Shown here: positions 12,165 to 24,145 of the stretch, one piece after another | Numbering within the stretch: position 1 is the first letter of the stretch | Layout: the number at the start of each line of letters is the position of its first letter | NCBI RefSeq assembly: GCF_963921235.1 | Contig: NC_086108.1 | Coordinates: 70,868,001 to 70,932,000, forward strand | DNA: 64,000 nucleotides | DNA from: Mobula hypostoma | Taxonomy: Eukaryota | Direction of reading: 5' to 3' | Translations under genes and position numbers: made by a program | Notes under the pieces: generated by a model | The model's database searches: none | Told to the model about the DNA's origin: nothing | Seen by the model: only the letters and a program-made list of their open reading frames with translations

Positions 12165-13868
12165 GGGACCACGTGAGCAAGCAAGGGGGTAAGGCGTGTT
12201 TGGCTGGGCTCCTGACTGACCTTTACTTTATTGTGTATTTAGAATAGCGCTTTCTTTCAAATTTTATCAAAATAAGTAAGTCAGTCGTCTAAGTACATTT
12301 AGTGAGTTACTTTGTTCTCTGACATGCAGTAATGGCATCTAAGCTTCGAAAATATAAATACATTGGGCTCACTAACATCAAGACGACCGACTCCCCGGTG
12401 CAAAGTTTAAGTGCTGACCGCGAAAGTACCCTAACCCGCACGAACTCAGGCGAAATGGACACAGAAGACCTAAAGGTTCAGCTCCTCTCAGAGCTAAAAA
12501 CGGACATCTCTGCGGTGATGTCCCAGCAGAGCTGAAAAACGCCCTTGCTGAAGATTTCAACTACCTGAAAAATGAGATGAAGAACACCTTGCCGAAAATT
12601 CAAACTACCTGAGAAACGAGTTGCAGGTAGCAAGAACCAAGGTAGCAAACAACGCGGCACGGACCCAAGTTGAGATTGACCAAGTAAAGGCTAATGTTAA
12701 AGACATGGAAGACGACATATCATTATGGTCAGATGAAATGGTATCGCTTCAAACCATCATAAATGCCATGAAGTCGGAGCTGAAGGACTTAAGAGATAAA
12801 TGTGAACACACGGAAGGAAGAATGCGGAGGTGCAATATCCTTATTTTGGGGGTTGCTGGGGGGCCCGGGTCAAGTTCCGCAGAGTCCATTTCTAAATTAC
12901 CGTCAGAGGTGCTTAAACTGAACAAAGACACTCTCATCGACCGCTCGCACCGGAGTCTCACGCCAAACAAACCCAGCAGTAAACCGCGTGCAATTGTAGT
13001 TAAACTAGATTATTATCCGGACTGCGTCGAGCTCGAAACCAGACTCCGCTTAACTACAATGGGAAACCCGTCGCTATTTTTCCAGACTACACCACAAGGG
13101 TCGCCAAAGCTCCGCTGCGTTCACGGACGTCAGGGAACTGCTGCGTGACCAGCCGGATATCCGATGTTCCCTGCTCAACTCCGCATTACACACAACGGGA
13201 CGGAGAAAGAATTTCTGGACCGGGAAAAGGCCATGGCTTATGTAACAGGGCATATCGTCACGGCAGCAAAACACAGAACATGATCACGGACCCGTAATGC
13301 ATTTTTCACATGTGGAACTCCGGTGGGCTATTCATAAACAGTTGCAGAATCAATAGTTTCCTGCAGTGCCCAGAAAAAGTATTATGATTATCCTAGTATT
13401 TTGTCGTGGAAATATGTTTTCTTTGTGGTCACTGTCGTTGAGATGTTAAAGCTTTTTTTTTGGGTGGGGGGGTAATTTTTTCAAGATTAGTTAACTCATC
13501 AGGGGTGATTGATAAGTTCGTGGCCTACGGTAGAAGGAGATGAGTTATTAATTTCAAACTTTCTGCATAATCACTCAGAGAGTTGAACTGCATGTGCATG
13601 TAACGAGAGCTGTATAACTCATCTCCTTCTACCTTAGACCACGAACTTATCAATCACCCCTGCTATGGACTCTTTCTGGAGGTCCAAGATCCGTATGCTC
13701 CACAACAGCTGGACTAAGTGTGTACATGTAGGAGGGGACTATGTTGAAAAATAAATGTGCTAGGTTTTCTAAAATTGACTCCTTCTACCTTCGGCCATGA
13801 ACTTATCAATCGCCCCTCGTATTTTCTGCTATTTTTCTTTGTTGATAAAAATACTTTGATTAAAAAAA
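12165..13868 (+). mobile_element. L1-clade element containing only 5' UTR, frameshifted ORF1 and A-tail (HAL1-like)
   Basis: Starts GGG. ORF1 pieces span 12332-13283 (coiled coil, EGRMRRCNILILGV, IDRSHRSL...KPRAIVVKL, FPDYT). Ends in taaaaaaaa. Perfect 12-bp TSD atggattccatg at 12153-12164 and 13869-13880. Confidence 0.8.
13501..13821 (+). mobile_element. Non-autonomous mariner derivative with three TIR copies
   Basis: TIR aggggtgattgataagttcgtggcct..gtagaaggag at 13501, inverted copies ending at 13661 and 13821 (...cccctcgTA). Transposase C-terminus WTKCVHVGGDYVEK* at 13710-13754. Confidence 0.85.
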
Positions 13869-14319
13869 ATGGATTCCATGATGTGGCCTTTCTTGATTAT
13901 TCCATGTAGAAAAGCTCTAACTGCCTAATTTTAGCACTGTTCAATTTGTTTATAAATATTATTAGTAATTTCTTGTCTGTGGCTGTCTATTAGTCAATTC
14001 CATATGCTGATGGATTGACAAATAGTCACTGACAAGAGAAATCATTCATGAATTATTCATAAATGTTTCACTAATTAGAGCACATGGCCTCTCCTCCATT
14101 CAATTTTTAGATTTGTTTTTAATCTTGTATGTCTTTATTGGGTGAATTTGAAAGCATGATCGTTCCTCACTTATTGAACATGGAACAGTACAGCACAGCA
14201 CAATGTGCTGACCTTTTAACCTATGCCAAGATCAATTTAACCTTTCCCTCCATAAAGCCTTCCATTTTTTGTCATCCATGTGCTTATCTATGAGCATCTT
14301 ATTTTAGCAAATGAGGGTT

Positions 14320-15975
14320 TGGTGGTGGAAGGCAGGTGGTAATGGAGAGTTGTTTCTCAGATTGGAGGGCTGTGGAAGGTGGTATGCCATAGGGATCAGT
14401 GCTGGGTCCCTTGTTCTTTGTCACCTATAACAACAATTTGGACAAGGATCACATTCATCTTTGCCCAATGATATCCCTCCTGGCACTTATCCCTGCAACC
14501 GGAACAAGTGCCACACCTGCCCATTCACTTCTTCCATCACCACCATTCAGAGCCCTAAACAGTCCTTCCTGGTGAGGCAATACTTCATCTACAAGTCTGT
14601 TGGAGTCATCTACTGTATCCAATGTTCCCAATGCAGTGTTGTCTACATCAGTGAGACACGACATAGATTAGGGGACAACTTTGTCGAGCATCTTTGCTCC
14701 ATCTGCATCAGGGAGTATTTCCCAGTGGCCAATCATTTTAATTCCAATCCCCATTCCCATTCCACCATGTTGGTCTATGGCCTCCTCTATTGCCAATGAT
14801 GAGGCTGCTCAAGTTGGAGGAGCAATACCTCATATTCCATCTCGGGAGCCTCCAACCTAACAGCACGAACATCGATTTCTTTCCCCTCCCCTCCCATCTA
14901 CTTTTCCATTCCCTATTCTGGCTCCCCCATCCCTTTTCCTCACCTGCCTATCACCTCCCTCTGGTGCACCTCCATTTTCTCCCGTGGTCCACTCTCCCCT
15001 CCTATTAGATTCTTTATTCTTCAACTCTTTACCTTTTCCATCTGCCACCTCCCAGCTCCTCATTTCATTCCCCCTCCCCACCACCTACCTTCTCCCTCAT
15101 CTGGCTTCACCTATCACCTTCCATCTTGTACTCCTCCCCCTCCCCCACCCTCATTCTGGCTTCTTCGCCCTTTCTTTCCAGTCCTGATAAAGGGTCTTGG
15201 CCCAAAACGTCAACTCTTTATTCCTCCTGAACCGCTGAGTTCATCCAGCATTTTGTGTGTGTTGCTCAGGATGAGGATTAGGTAGCACGATTAGTATGTT
15301 TGCAGATGACACCAAAATTAGTGGTTTGGTGAACAATGAAGGAAGTTATCTAGGTTACAACAGGATATGTATCAACTGCATAAGTGGGCATGGGAATAGC
15401 GGATTGAATTTAATTACGACAAATGCAAAGTGATACTATTTGTGGAGGGAAGGACAGGACATACAGTACACAGTGAATGAAAGGGTCTTGGGGAATGTTG
15501 TTGAATAAACAGACCTAGAGGAACAAAAGCAGTTCCCTGAAGAGGAACACAAATAGACAGGGGAGTGAGGAAGGTGTTTGGAATGCTTATCTTTGTCAGA
15601 TACTGCATTGAGAAAAAGAAATGGGATAATGTACCAAATATTGTCAGACCAAATTATGAGAGGCAAAGATGTGGTAGTCAGTCAATGTCTGTTTCCCATG
15701 GTAGGGATATCTAGGTGGCATTGGTTTAAAGTGAGAGGAAGAAGTTTCAAAGTGGATCTGAGAGACTTTTTTTAAAATCACACAAAGAGTAAATAGTATC
15801 TGGAATGAGTTGCCACAGGAGGTGAAGGTATGGACAATAACATTTAAGAAGCATCTTGAATGAGCAGGGCATAAAGAGATATGGAATCTACACAGGCAAG
15901 TGAGTTGTTGATAGACATGATGGTCAGCATAATACACTGGGCAAAAGACTGTTTCTATGCTGTACAACTCTGACT
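14320..15975 (+). mobile_element. CR1 LINE RT/3' fragment split by the Penelope insertion
   Basis: GSVLGPLFFVTY.NNLD before 14447 resumes as ISMFADDTKI after 15270. Confidence 0.7.
14447..15268 (+). mobile_element. Penelope-like element 3' part (GIY-YIG endonuclease) inserted in a CR1
   Basis: PGTYPCNRNKCHTC...VIYCIQCSQCSVVYISETRHRLGDNFVEH...PVANHFN; pyrimidine-rich tail; hammerhead-like motif at 15184. Confidence 0.85.
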
Positions 15976-17388
15976 ATTACCTTTGCCGCCTTTTTCTGCA
16001 TTTTCTCCTTTATTTCCAGGTGAATAAAATTGGTCACACCACCTCTAAAATGTTGTGCAAGTAGAAAACTGTATAATATGATCACAATTTTCTCTGACAT
16101 CAGAAGTGCTGGAAATCCAAGGCAAAACATACAAATGCCGGAGGAATTCAGAGGGTCAGGCAACACCTGCCCTCCCCCACCTTCTTTCTCTGACCTATAT
16201 TCTTGATTTGTCTACATAGTTCAATTGATTGACCAAGGTCAAATTGATCATTCACGTTTGGTATTTGTTGGATTTTCTGAATATGGTCTCAATTCTAATG
16301 TTTTAGATCTCAGTTTTTTTTCAAAGCTATTTCATACGGTAGATGGTTGGATGGAGAAATGCAAAATACTAGAGGACACATATTGAATTTGAGAAGGAGA
16401 AGATTAAAGGAGATGTGCAAGGTAAGTTTTTATTCCCCATAAGAGCGGTGGTTGCCTGGGACGCCCTGCCAGGGTCGTAGTTGGGGAAGCAGACGTGCTG
16501 GTGACAATTAAGAGCATTTGGACAGGCACATGACCATGCAGGGAATGGAGGGATAGGGATCATGTTCGGGCAGATGTGTTTAGTTTAAATTTACCATCAT
16601 GGTAGGCTGACGGCCTGGTCCTGTTCTATTTATTACCATTAGTGGAAATGTACAGTCAATGGATTAATCATTAAATCAATTATCATACTAATGATAATCA
16701 TCATTAATTATTAGTCTGAACAATTGAGTCACAAGTCCAAATATAATATGGATCAAATAAGTAACAAATCCTGGAACTCCCAAATGAATATTCCCCAACT
16801 CCTTTAATGAAAACACACTGGTTTCTACTTTTTTGGATTTTTTTTTTTGTGAGGTTTACCTTGAATTCTCATAGGTTTAAATTTTAGCTGTGTCTTTCAG
16901 GAACAATGTCCAATGTCTCCTGGAAGTCCAACACAACATGTTTTACAGAGTTCACTTGGGTTGTTAACTTGCTGTAAGAAATTGCACTCAGGATCTTCTC
17001 AATCCACGAGACTGCAACTGTACGCATTCAATTAGTTGTGCATGCATCCAGCTTTTCATTAATTATGACAAAGGTTAAACAATATAAATAATGAGAAGCT
17101 TTTTAATATTATCTGCATATTCTCATGTAATTAATAAATTCTGCAGACAAAGACACACTGTAAATAAAGATGATAATTTTCTGCCTTTGCCTCTTTCTCA
17201 ACTGAATAGGTCTGAAAAGCTGGGGAAGGAGGAATGAAGATACTCATTCAAAAGATTTATTATACATTTAGTAAAAGTCATTCCATAGTTTAAGTATTGA
17301 ACGCTCAAACCTTCCCGTCTTGTCATCAAAACTCAACAATTGTAAACCAAACTATGTACTGAACACCACTTTTCTACTTGTGTCTCTA

Positions 17389-17622
<234 letters not shown>

Positions 17623-18009
17623 TTACCTAGCTGGAGGTTGCTGGTAAATTCAGAGTATTATACAAAAAGCACATTTCTATCATATGTGCATCTTTAGACT
17701 GCAAAGCTTGAAGCACTGGAAAATAACTTCATACGCTGCACTTAAAGTACCAAAAATGCTTTCATAGTGGAAAAATGAGTATTACATAGTATTAGAGGAC
17801 TTAAACAAAAATGGTATCTACAGCAGTACGGGAGATTAGTACAGTACTTGGAGCAACATTGTCCCATCTTCAAATCTCTTTTCATATCTCTCAATACATG
17901 GCTAATTCATCATGAAAAAGGAGTAACTGCTAGAAAACCACTAGATTATTGCTAAAAATCCAATTAGTAAAGTAGCATCCTGCAGAGAAGGCTATAAAAT
18001 ACCGCATAT

Positions 18010-18550
18010 CTTCAAGGGGTGTTGGCTTTCCACCAAATCCGACAACGAAAGGAAACTGGTGCGGGAGTTTTTAAAGTGTAAAAACTGTTGCACTGGGACA
18101 GTTCCACTCTCTTGACCTCAGGACTCTGGGTCCAGTGGTACGAGTAGTCATAACAACCGGGGTCTTCCTTGGTTGCAGTTGAGGACCACAACTTCTTCCA
18201 TGCCTCGTCATGCCCTTCGCTCTCACAGAGTGTCGCAGAATCACCTTCCTGCCCATTGGATCCCACTGTAGATCTCATCCACCCAGCCTGCCGGAGGCGA
18301 ATTCAGATGTTGGGACTGGCATGTCACTGTATCACCTGGGTATGAGGCCCACCCACTACCCTCACCTGGTTTAGCCTGCCCGTTGAAGCGACGTGCCGGG
18401 GTGTGGCTGCTGGTGCACATAAACAGCTATTTGGAGTCACAGGTGAGAGCTGAGTCTCCGATGAGGCCAAAGCTGAGTGAGCTGTCCCAGATTGGACAAG
18501 ACAAGCCCCTTAACTAGAGGTGCTACCCCTCCCTGAACACCTCGTACACG
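18010..18550 (-). mobile_element. Non-autonomous retroelement, probably RTE-derived
   Basis: GC-richer non-coding block that resembles RTE-type 5' UTR-derived repeats; family not identified with certainty. Confidence 0.35.
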
Positions 18551-18662
18551 TCAAGGGGTGTACACACAAAAACTCACGGGTTTGAAACAACTTACACCCA
18601 CTTCATTTCAAACAAAAACTGCTTAAAAGTACTACCATAGCAAAGCCGTTCTTCGTACTTGC

Positions 18663-18749
18663 CTATATTGCTCATTAAACTTCGCAGCTTGTGAACAAAT
18701 TGGCCAACTTCTGCATTGCTCATTTGAGCACGTTCTTTCAAATCAGCAC
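18663..18749 (-). CDS. ECHDC2: ECHDC2 coding exon 4 (followed by a GC donor)
   Basis: ttctag|GT GCT GAT TTG...ATA G|gcaagt; (G)ADLKERAQMSNAEVGQFVHKLRSLMSNI(A), completing FCAGADL; 87 nt. Confidence 0.93.
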
Positions 18750-19186
18750 CTAGAAAATAAATAGGGGTGAGAGAGAAAAAAAAAATCTGAAAATCAACTT
18801 TACTAATAATATAAATATGTTAACACTGCCTAAATGGTACAATCATCAGAAAGATGCTTTTAACTACTGGTCAGCAGCAGATAAACACAACTCCTTTGAG
18901 ATGCACACAATACATGTATTAACAAGATACTGTTTAGTGCAAATTAATACTGTTAACACAGGATCAGTAACAGATCTAACAGTTAAAACTGGAACAATTA
19001 ATGTTTTAATTTTTTTTAATTTGCAGGTTTTCAATTGCCCTTTTTCAAATGTCAATTCACCTTCTATTTATATATCTAGCTCTGTTTCAAAGGGAGCATT
19101 GTAATTTTGACAATGAATCATAAGGTGCAATAAAGTACTTGTGCTTCCAGACTGCCTGTGACACTCCATCACCTGACAGACAGGAT

Positions 19187-21505
19187 TCACAGAAACATAG
19201 AAAACCTCCAGCACAATACAGGCCCCTTGGCTCACAACACTGTGCCGAACATGTACTTACTTTAGAAATTACCTAGGGTTACCCATAGCACTCTATTTTT
19301 CTAAACTCCATGTACCTATCCAAAAGTCTCTTAAAAGACCATATTGTATCTGCCTCCAACACCATTGCCAGCAGCCCATTTCACACACTCACCACTCACT
19401 GCATAAAAAACTTATCCCTGATATCTCCTTGGTACCTGCTCCCAAGCACCTTAAAAATGTGTCCTTTCGTGCTAGCCGTTCCAGCCCAAAGGAAAAAGCC
19501 TCTGACTATCCACACAATCAATGCCTCTCATCATCTTATACACCTCTATCAGGTCACCTCTCATCCTCTGCCGCTCCAAGGAGAAAAGGCCGAGTTCACT
19601 CAACCTATTCTCATAAGGCATTCTCCCCAATCCAGGCAACATCCGTGTAAATCTCCTCTGCACCCTTTCTATAGTTTCCACATCCTTCCTGTAGTGAGGT
19701 GACCAGAACTGAGCACAGCACTCCAAGTGGGATCTGACCAGGGTCCTATAAAGCTGCAACACTACCTCTCGGCTCTTAAACTATCCCACGGTTGATGAAG
19801 CCCAATGCACTGTATGTCTTCTTAACCATAGTCAACCTGCACAGCAGCTTTGAGTGTCCTATGGACTTGGACCCCAAGATCCCTCTGATCCCCCACACTG
19901 CCAAGACTCTTACCATTAATACTATATTCTGCCATCATATTTAACCTAACAAAATGAACCACCTCACACTTATCTGGGTTGAACTCCATCTGCCACTTCT
20001 CAGCCCAGTTTGACATCCTATTGATGTCCTACTGTAACCTCTAACAGCCCTCCACGCTATCCATAATAACCCCAACCTTTATCATCTTTGTGCAAACTTA
20101 CTAACACATCCCTCCATTTCCTCATCCAGGTCATTTATAAAAATAACAAAGAGTAGGGGTCCCAGAACAGATCCCTGAGGCACACCACTGGTCACCAACC
20201 TCCATACAGAATATGACCCATCCACAACCACTCTTTGCCTTCTGTGGGCAAGCCAGTTCTGGATCCACAAAGCAATGTCCCCTTGGACCCCATGCCTCCT
20301 TACTTTCTCAATAAGCCTAGCATGGAGTACCTTATCAAATGCCTTGCTGAAATCCATACACACTACATCTACTGCTCTACCCTCATCAATATGTTTGGTC
20401 ACATCCTCAAAAAATACAATCAGGCTCATAAGGCATGACCTGCCTTTGACAAAATCATGCTGACTATTCCTAATCATATTATGCCTCTTCAAATGTTCAT
20501 AAATCCTGCCTCTCAGGATCTTTTCCATCAACTTACCAAGCACTGAAGTAAGACTCACTGGTCTATATTTTCCTGGGCTATCTCTACTCCCTTTCATGGA
20601 TAAGGAACAACATCTTCAACCTTCCAATCCTCTGGAAGCTCTCCCATCCCCATTGATGATGCTAAGATCACTATCAGAAGCTCAGCAATGTCCTGGTACA
20701 TCTCGTCTGGTCTCAGAGACTTATCCAACTTGATGCTTTCCAAAAGCTCCAGCACATCCTCTTTCTTAATGTCTATATGCTCAAGCTTTTCAATCCGCTG
20801 TAATTCATCCCAACAATCGCCAGGATCCTTTTCTGTAGTAAATACTGATGCAAAGTATTCATTAAGTATCTCTGTTACCTCTTCCAGTTCCATACACACT
20901 TTTCCACTGTCACACTTGATTGTTCCATTCTCTCATGTCTTATCCTCTTGCTCTTCACATACTTGTAGAATACTTTTGGGGTTTTCCTTAATTCTGCTCG
21001 CCAAGGCCTTCTCGTAGCCCCTTCTGGCTCTCCTAATTTCATTCTTAAGCTCCTTCCTGCTAGCCTTATATTCTTCTAGATCTCTATCATTACCTAGTTT
21101 TTTGAACCTTGCGTAAGCTTTTCTTTTCTTTTTGACTAGATTTTCAACAGCCTTTGTACACACGGTTCCTGTACCCAACCATCCTTTCCCTGTCTCACTG
21201 GAATGTACCTATGCAGAATGCCACACAAATATTCCCAGAACATTTGCCACATTTCTGCCGTACATTTTCCTGAGAACATCTGTTCCCAATTTATGCTTCC
21301 AAGTTTCTGCCTGAGAGCTTCATATTTCCCCTTATTTCAATTAAACGGTTTCCTAACCTGTCTGTTCCTATTTCTCTCCAATGCTATGGTAAACGAGATA
21401 GAATTGTGATCACTATCTCTAAACTGCTCTCACACTGAGAGATCTGACACCTGACCAGGTCAAATTCCCAATACCAGATCAAGTACAGTCTCTCCCCTTG
21501 TAGGT
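19187..21505 (-). mobile_element. 5'-truncated CR1 LINE (ORF2 RT and 3' end)
   Basis: ORF-track peptides [70 protein letters not shown]; frameshifted. Confidence 0.93.
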
Positions 21506-21736
21506 TTAAAGCGTTGAAATAACACGGGGTTGAATTGACAACGGATCAAACACAATGTGGTGCACTGTTTGCTAATACGCTGTTTTAAACAGCAATGTCT
21601 CACCTAGTGATTCCTTGGAGGTAAGTTCCACAGAAATCACTGAGGTATTACCAGTTACTATAAAACTTGGGGCAGCAGGTTCATCACTTCACCTGAGTCG
21701 AACAGGACAATAGGTTGTACAAATCCTGGAACCTAC

Positions 21737-21824
21737 CAGCACAGAAAACTCCTTTGACTTGGCTCTTAAACAATACGACACGTACACTTTTGTCCTTTTG
21801 CAGATTTTCAACGACTTCTTCAAG
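21737..21824 (-). CDS. ECHDC2: ECHDC2 coding exon 3
   Basis: ttttcag|CTT...GCT G|gtaggt; LEEVVENLQKDKSVRVVLFKSQVKGVFCA(G); 88 nt. Confidence 0.95.
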
Positions 21825-23133
21825 CTGAAAATAGTAAGGTATTCTGCTTTTTTTTTAACTTTTTTTTCAAACTAGTCATTGATAAATACAACAATGAAAC
21901 TATGACCACATGTAACAAGCAGAGAGAAGCCTTACGATATTATAAGTAATAAAACAGAAAAAGAAGTTGATAAGGAAGGGGCAAAATATAGCACACATCC
22001 ATTAAAAATATAGTTATAGCAGTCATCCTTATCACAAATATATAGCTACTTTAACATGCAATGCTGACTCCAGTCTCAATTTCTAACTTCTAGTTCTGTT
22101 ATAACAGGTTATCAAGCTGAAACATTAACCCACTTAATGTACAGATGTCACCTGGCCTGCTGAATAAAATTTCTGTTTTTGTTTTGGATTCCATGCATCT
22201 GCGTTTTTTCTAATTTTCATTTATTAGACTGATACCAGGAATGGGCATGTTTCCTCACAGGGCAGGCGGTGAGCATTTGAATGACATTCCCTACAAAAGC
22301 CCTACCCGGAATTAACTTCCTAAAATGAAACATCTCAGACTTACTTGTATTAAACTCCATTTGTATTCCTTGATCCACACTCATGGCTGATCAAGATCCC
22401 CCTGTAATCTTCACTGCCCACTATACCACCTATTTTAGTGTCATAAGAAAACTTACTAACCGCGCCTTGTTAGCAAAATTGTTGATAGAGATGACAAACA
22501 ATAGGCCCAGCACGAAACCCTGAGCCACAGCATGAGTCTTGGGCCTCCATTATGAGAAAGAACCTTCCTCTCCTTCCTAACATCAAGCTAATTGTCTATC
22601 CAATTGGCCAACTCTCTCCCTCAAATGGCAAAGAATAATTTGAGGACAGGTTCAGCTGTACAGATTGTCCCCAGGTTATGGCGTGGTGCATCTTTGCAAA
22701 CTGCTCAATCTGAACAGTGTAGAGGATGGAAATATGACAGTGAACCAAGTTAGCAGGTGGTGGAAGATTCTTGTAGCCAAGCAGCTGCGGGAAAATCATT
22801 CTGTTGATCTGCCAAACGCTCATTTGTATTTTGAATAATGTTTAAAAATTGATCAGAAGTTGTAAGGGGAAAGATTAAGGTTGGTCTTTTAAATGGCAGC
22901 TGAAAAGAATGAGAGATCTTTGCCCGCAGTGAGATGTACAGGCCGTCCTTGCATTAAGAATGTCAGACGCATAGACACCTCTACACAAGAATGAGCTCCC
23001 ATTATAATATTACATTTAAAAGTCTGATGTATATTGATTCCTATCAACAGCAGAGCTAATTTCCTCTCTTCCCACTTTCAGTGATTATTCTTTCTTATTT
23101 GCCCCATGTGCTTTTGATGTCATTCAGTATAAT

Positions 23134-23351
23134 GAAGAAGAAGAAAGCCCTTAACTCCAATTGGAGTCATCGGGACGCCGTGATGACGGCGTTTTTTTTT
23201 AGCAGGCTTTTCTTATTTTTACGAGGCCGAGTTGCTAGCTCGACGCTCAACCCAGCATGGATGGAAAGCGTGCAAGGGAGCCGGCTGGATTCGAACTCGG
23301 GAGCCTTCGCTCCGAAGTCCAGCTCTGATGCCACTACGCCACCAGCTGACA
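23134..23351 (-). mobile_element. tRNA-derived SINE with (TTC)n tail
   Basis: A box tggcgtagtgg, B box gttcgaatcc; perfect 13-bp TSD cattcagtataat at 23121-23133 and 23352-23364. Confidence 0.9.
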
Positions 23352-24077
23352 CATTCAGTATAATCCTATGGAGTTATGGTTACTAGAGAGATTTTTATGT
23401 ATTTTCTGACCGATGGACAGAATTTACACACAGGCGTCTGTGAAAACAGACATCCATTACCCAGAGATCTGTGCAAGTCTCTGAGAGGGATCAACACCCT
23501 AGGAGATGGTATTTCCTTCAGTTACAGCGTCTAGAATCAAGGGCAACTTCTCAGGGCAAGGAGTAAGACGAGGAAAAGTTTCTTCATCTGGAAGCTTGTA
23601 ACTCCCTGCAAAACATTATTAAGCAAATACAAAGCAAGATTCCTTCTCTATTAATTATTTTTTGAGTATGCTACTGGCAAGGTAGATGAGGAAACAGACA
23701 GTTTATTGCAAATGAATTTATAAAAGCTACTTGAGCAGGCGGGAAAGTGGACGTCATCTTATTGAATTGCAGAACTGGCTCGAAGGCCTGTACACTTCTT
23801 TCCATTTGCTGTGCTACCTCAGGTGATTGTGGTTGTGTATTCAAGGCTGAGATCCATAATAGCTTTTACACAAAGAGCATCCGAGGATTTGGGGATTGAG
23901 CCTTAGATGCAATTGAGACACAAAATCAGTCATAACTTTGGTGAATGGTGGAGCAGGGTCCAACTTCTATAAGATTATGTCACTTGCTGATGAAGGAGCA
24001 AACTCTGAACATACCCAATAGAAAGAAACTCACTTTCAAATCAGGTGACTACTTAGTAATAAACTTCACATACCCAC

Positions 24078-24145
24078 CTGCATAACAAACACTTTTCCGA
24101 GGGAATTTCTTGCATGAGGTCTGTTCATTAAAACTGTTGCAATTC
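24078..24145 (-). CDS. ECHDC2: ECHDC2 coding exon 2
   Basis: tgtag|GA ATT GCA...ATG CAG|gtgggt; (G)IATVLMNRPHARNSLGKVFVMQ, the crotonase NRP..RN.L motif; 68 nt. Confidence 0.95.

Noticed and set aside
23250..23351. tRNA genes here, at 49845-49917 and at 58760-58830
   Set aside because: A/B boxes run into SINE bodies with tails and TSDs, so these are SINE heads.
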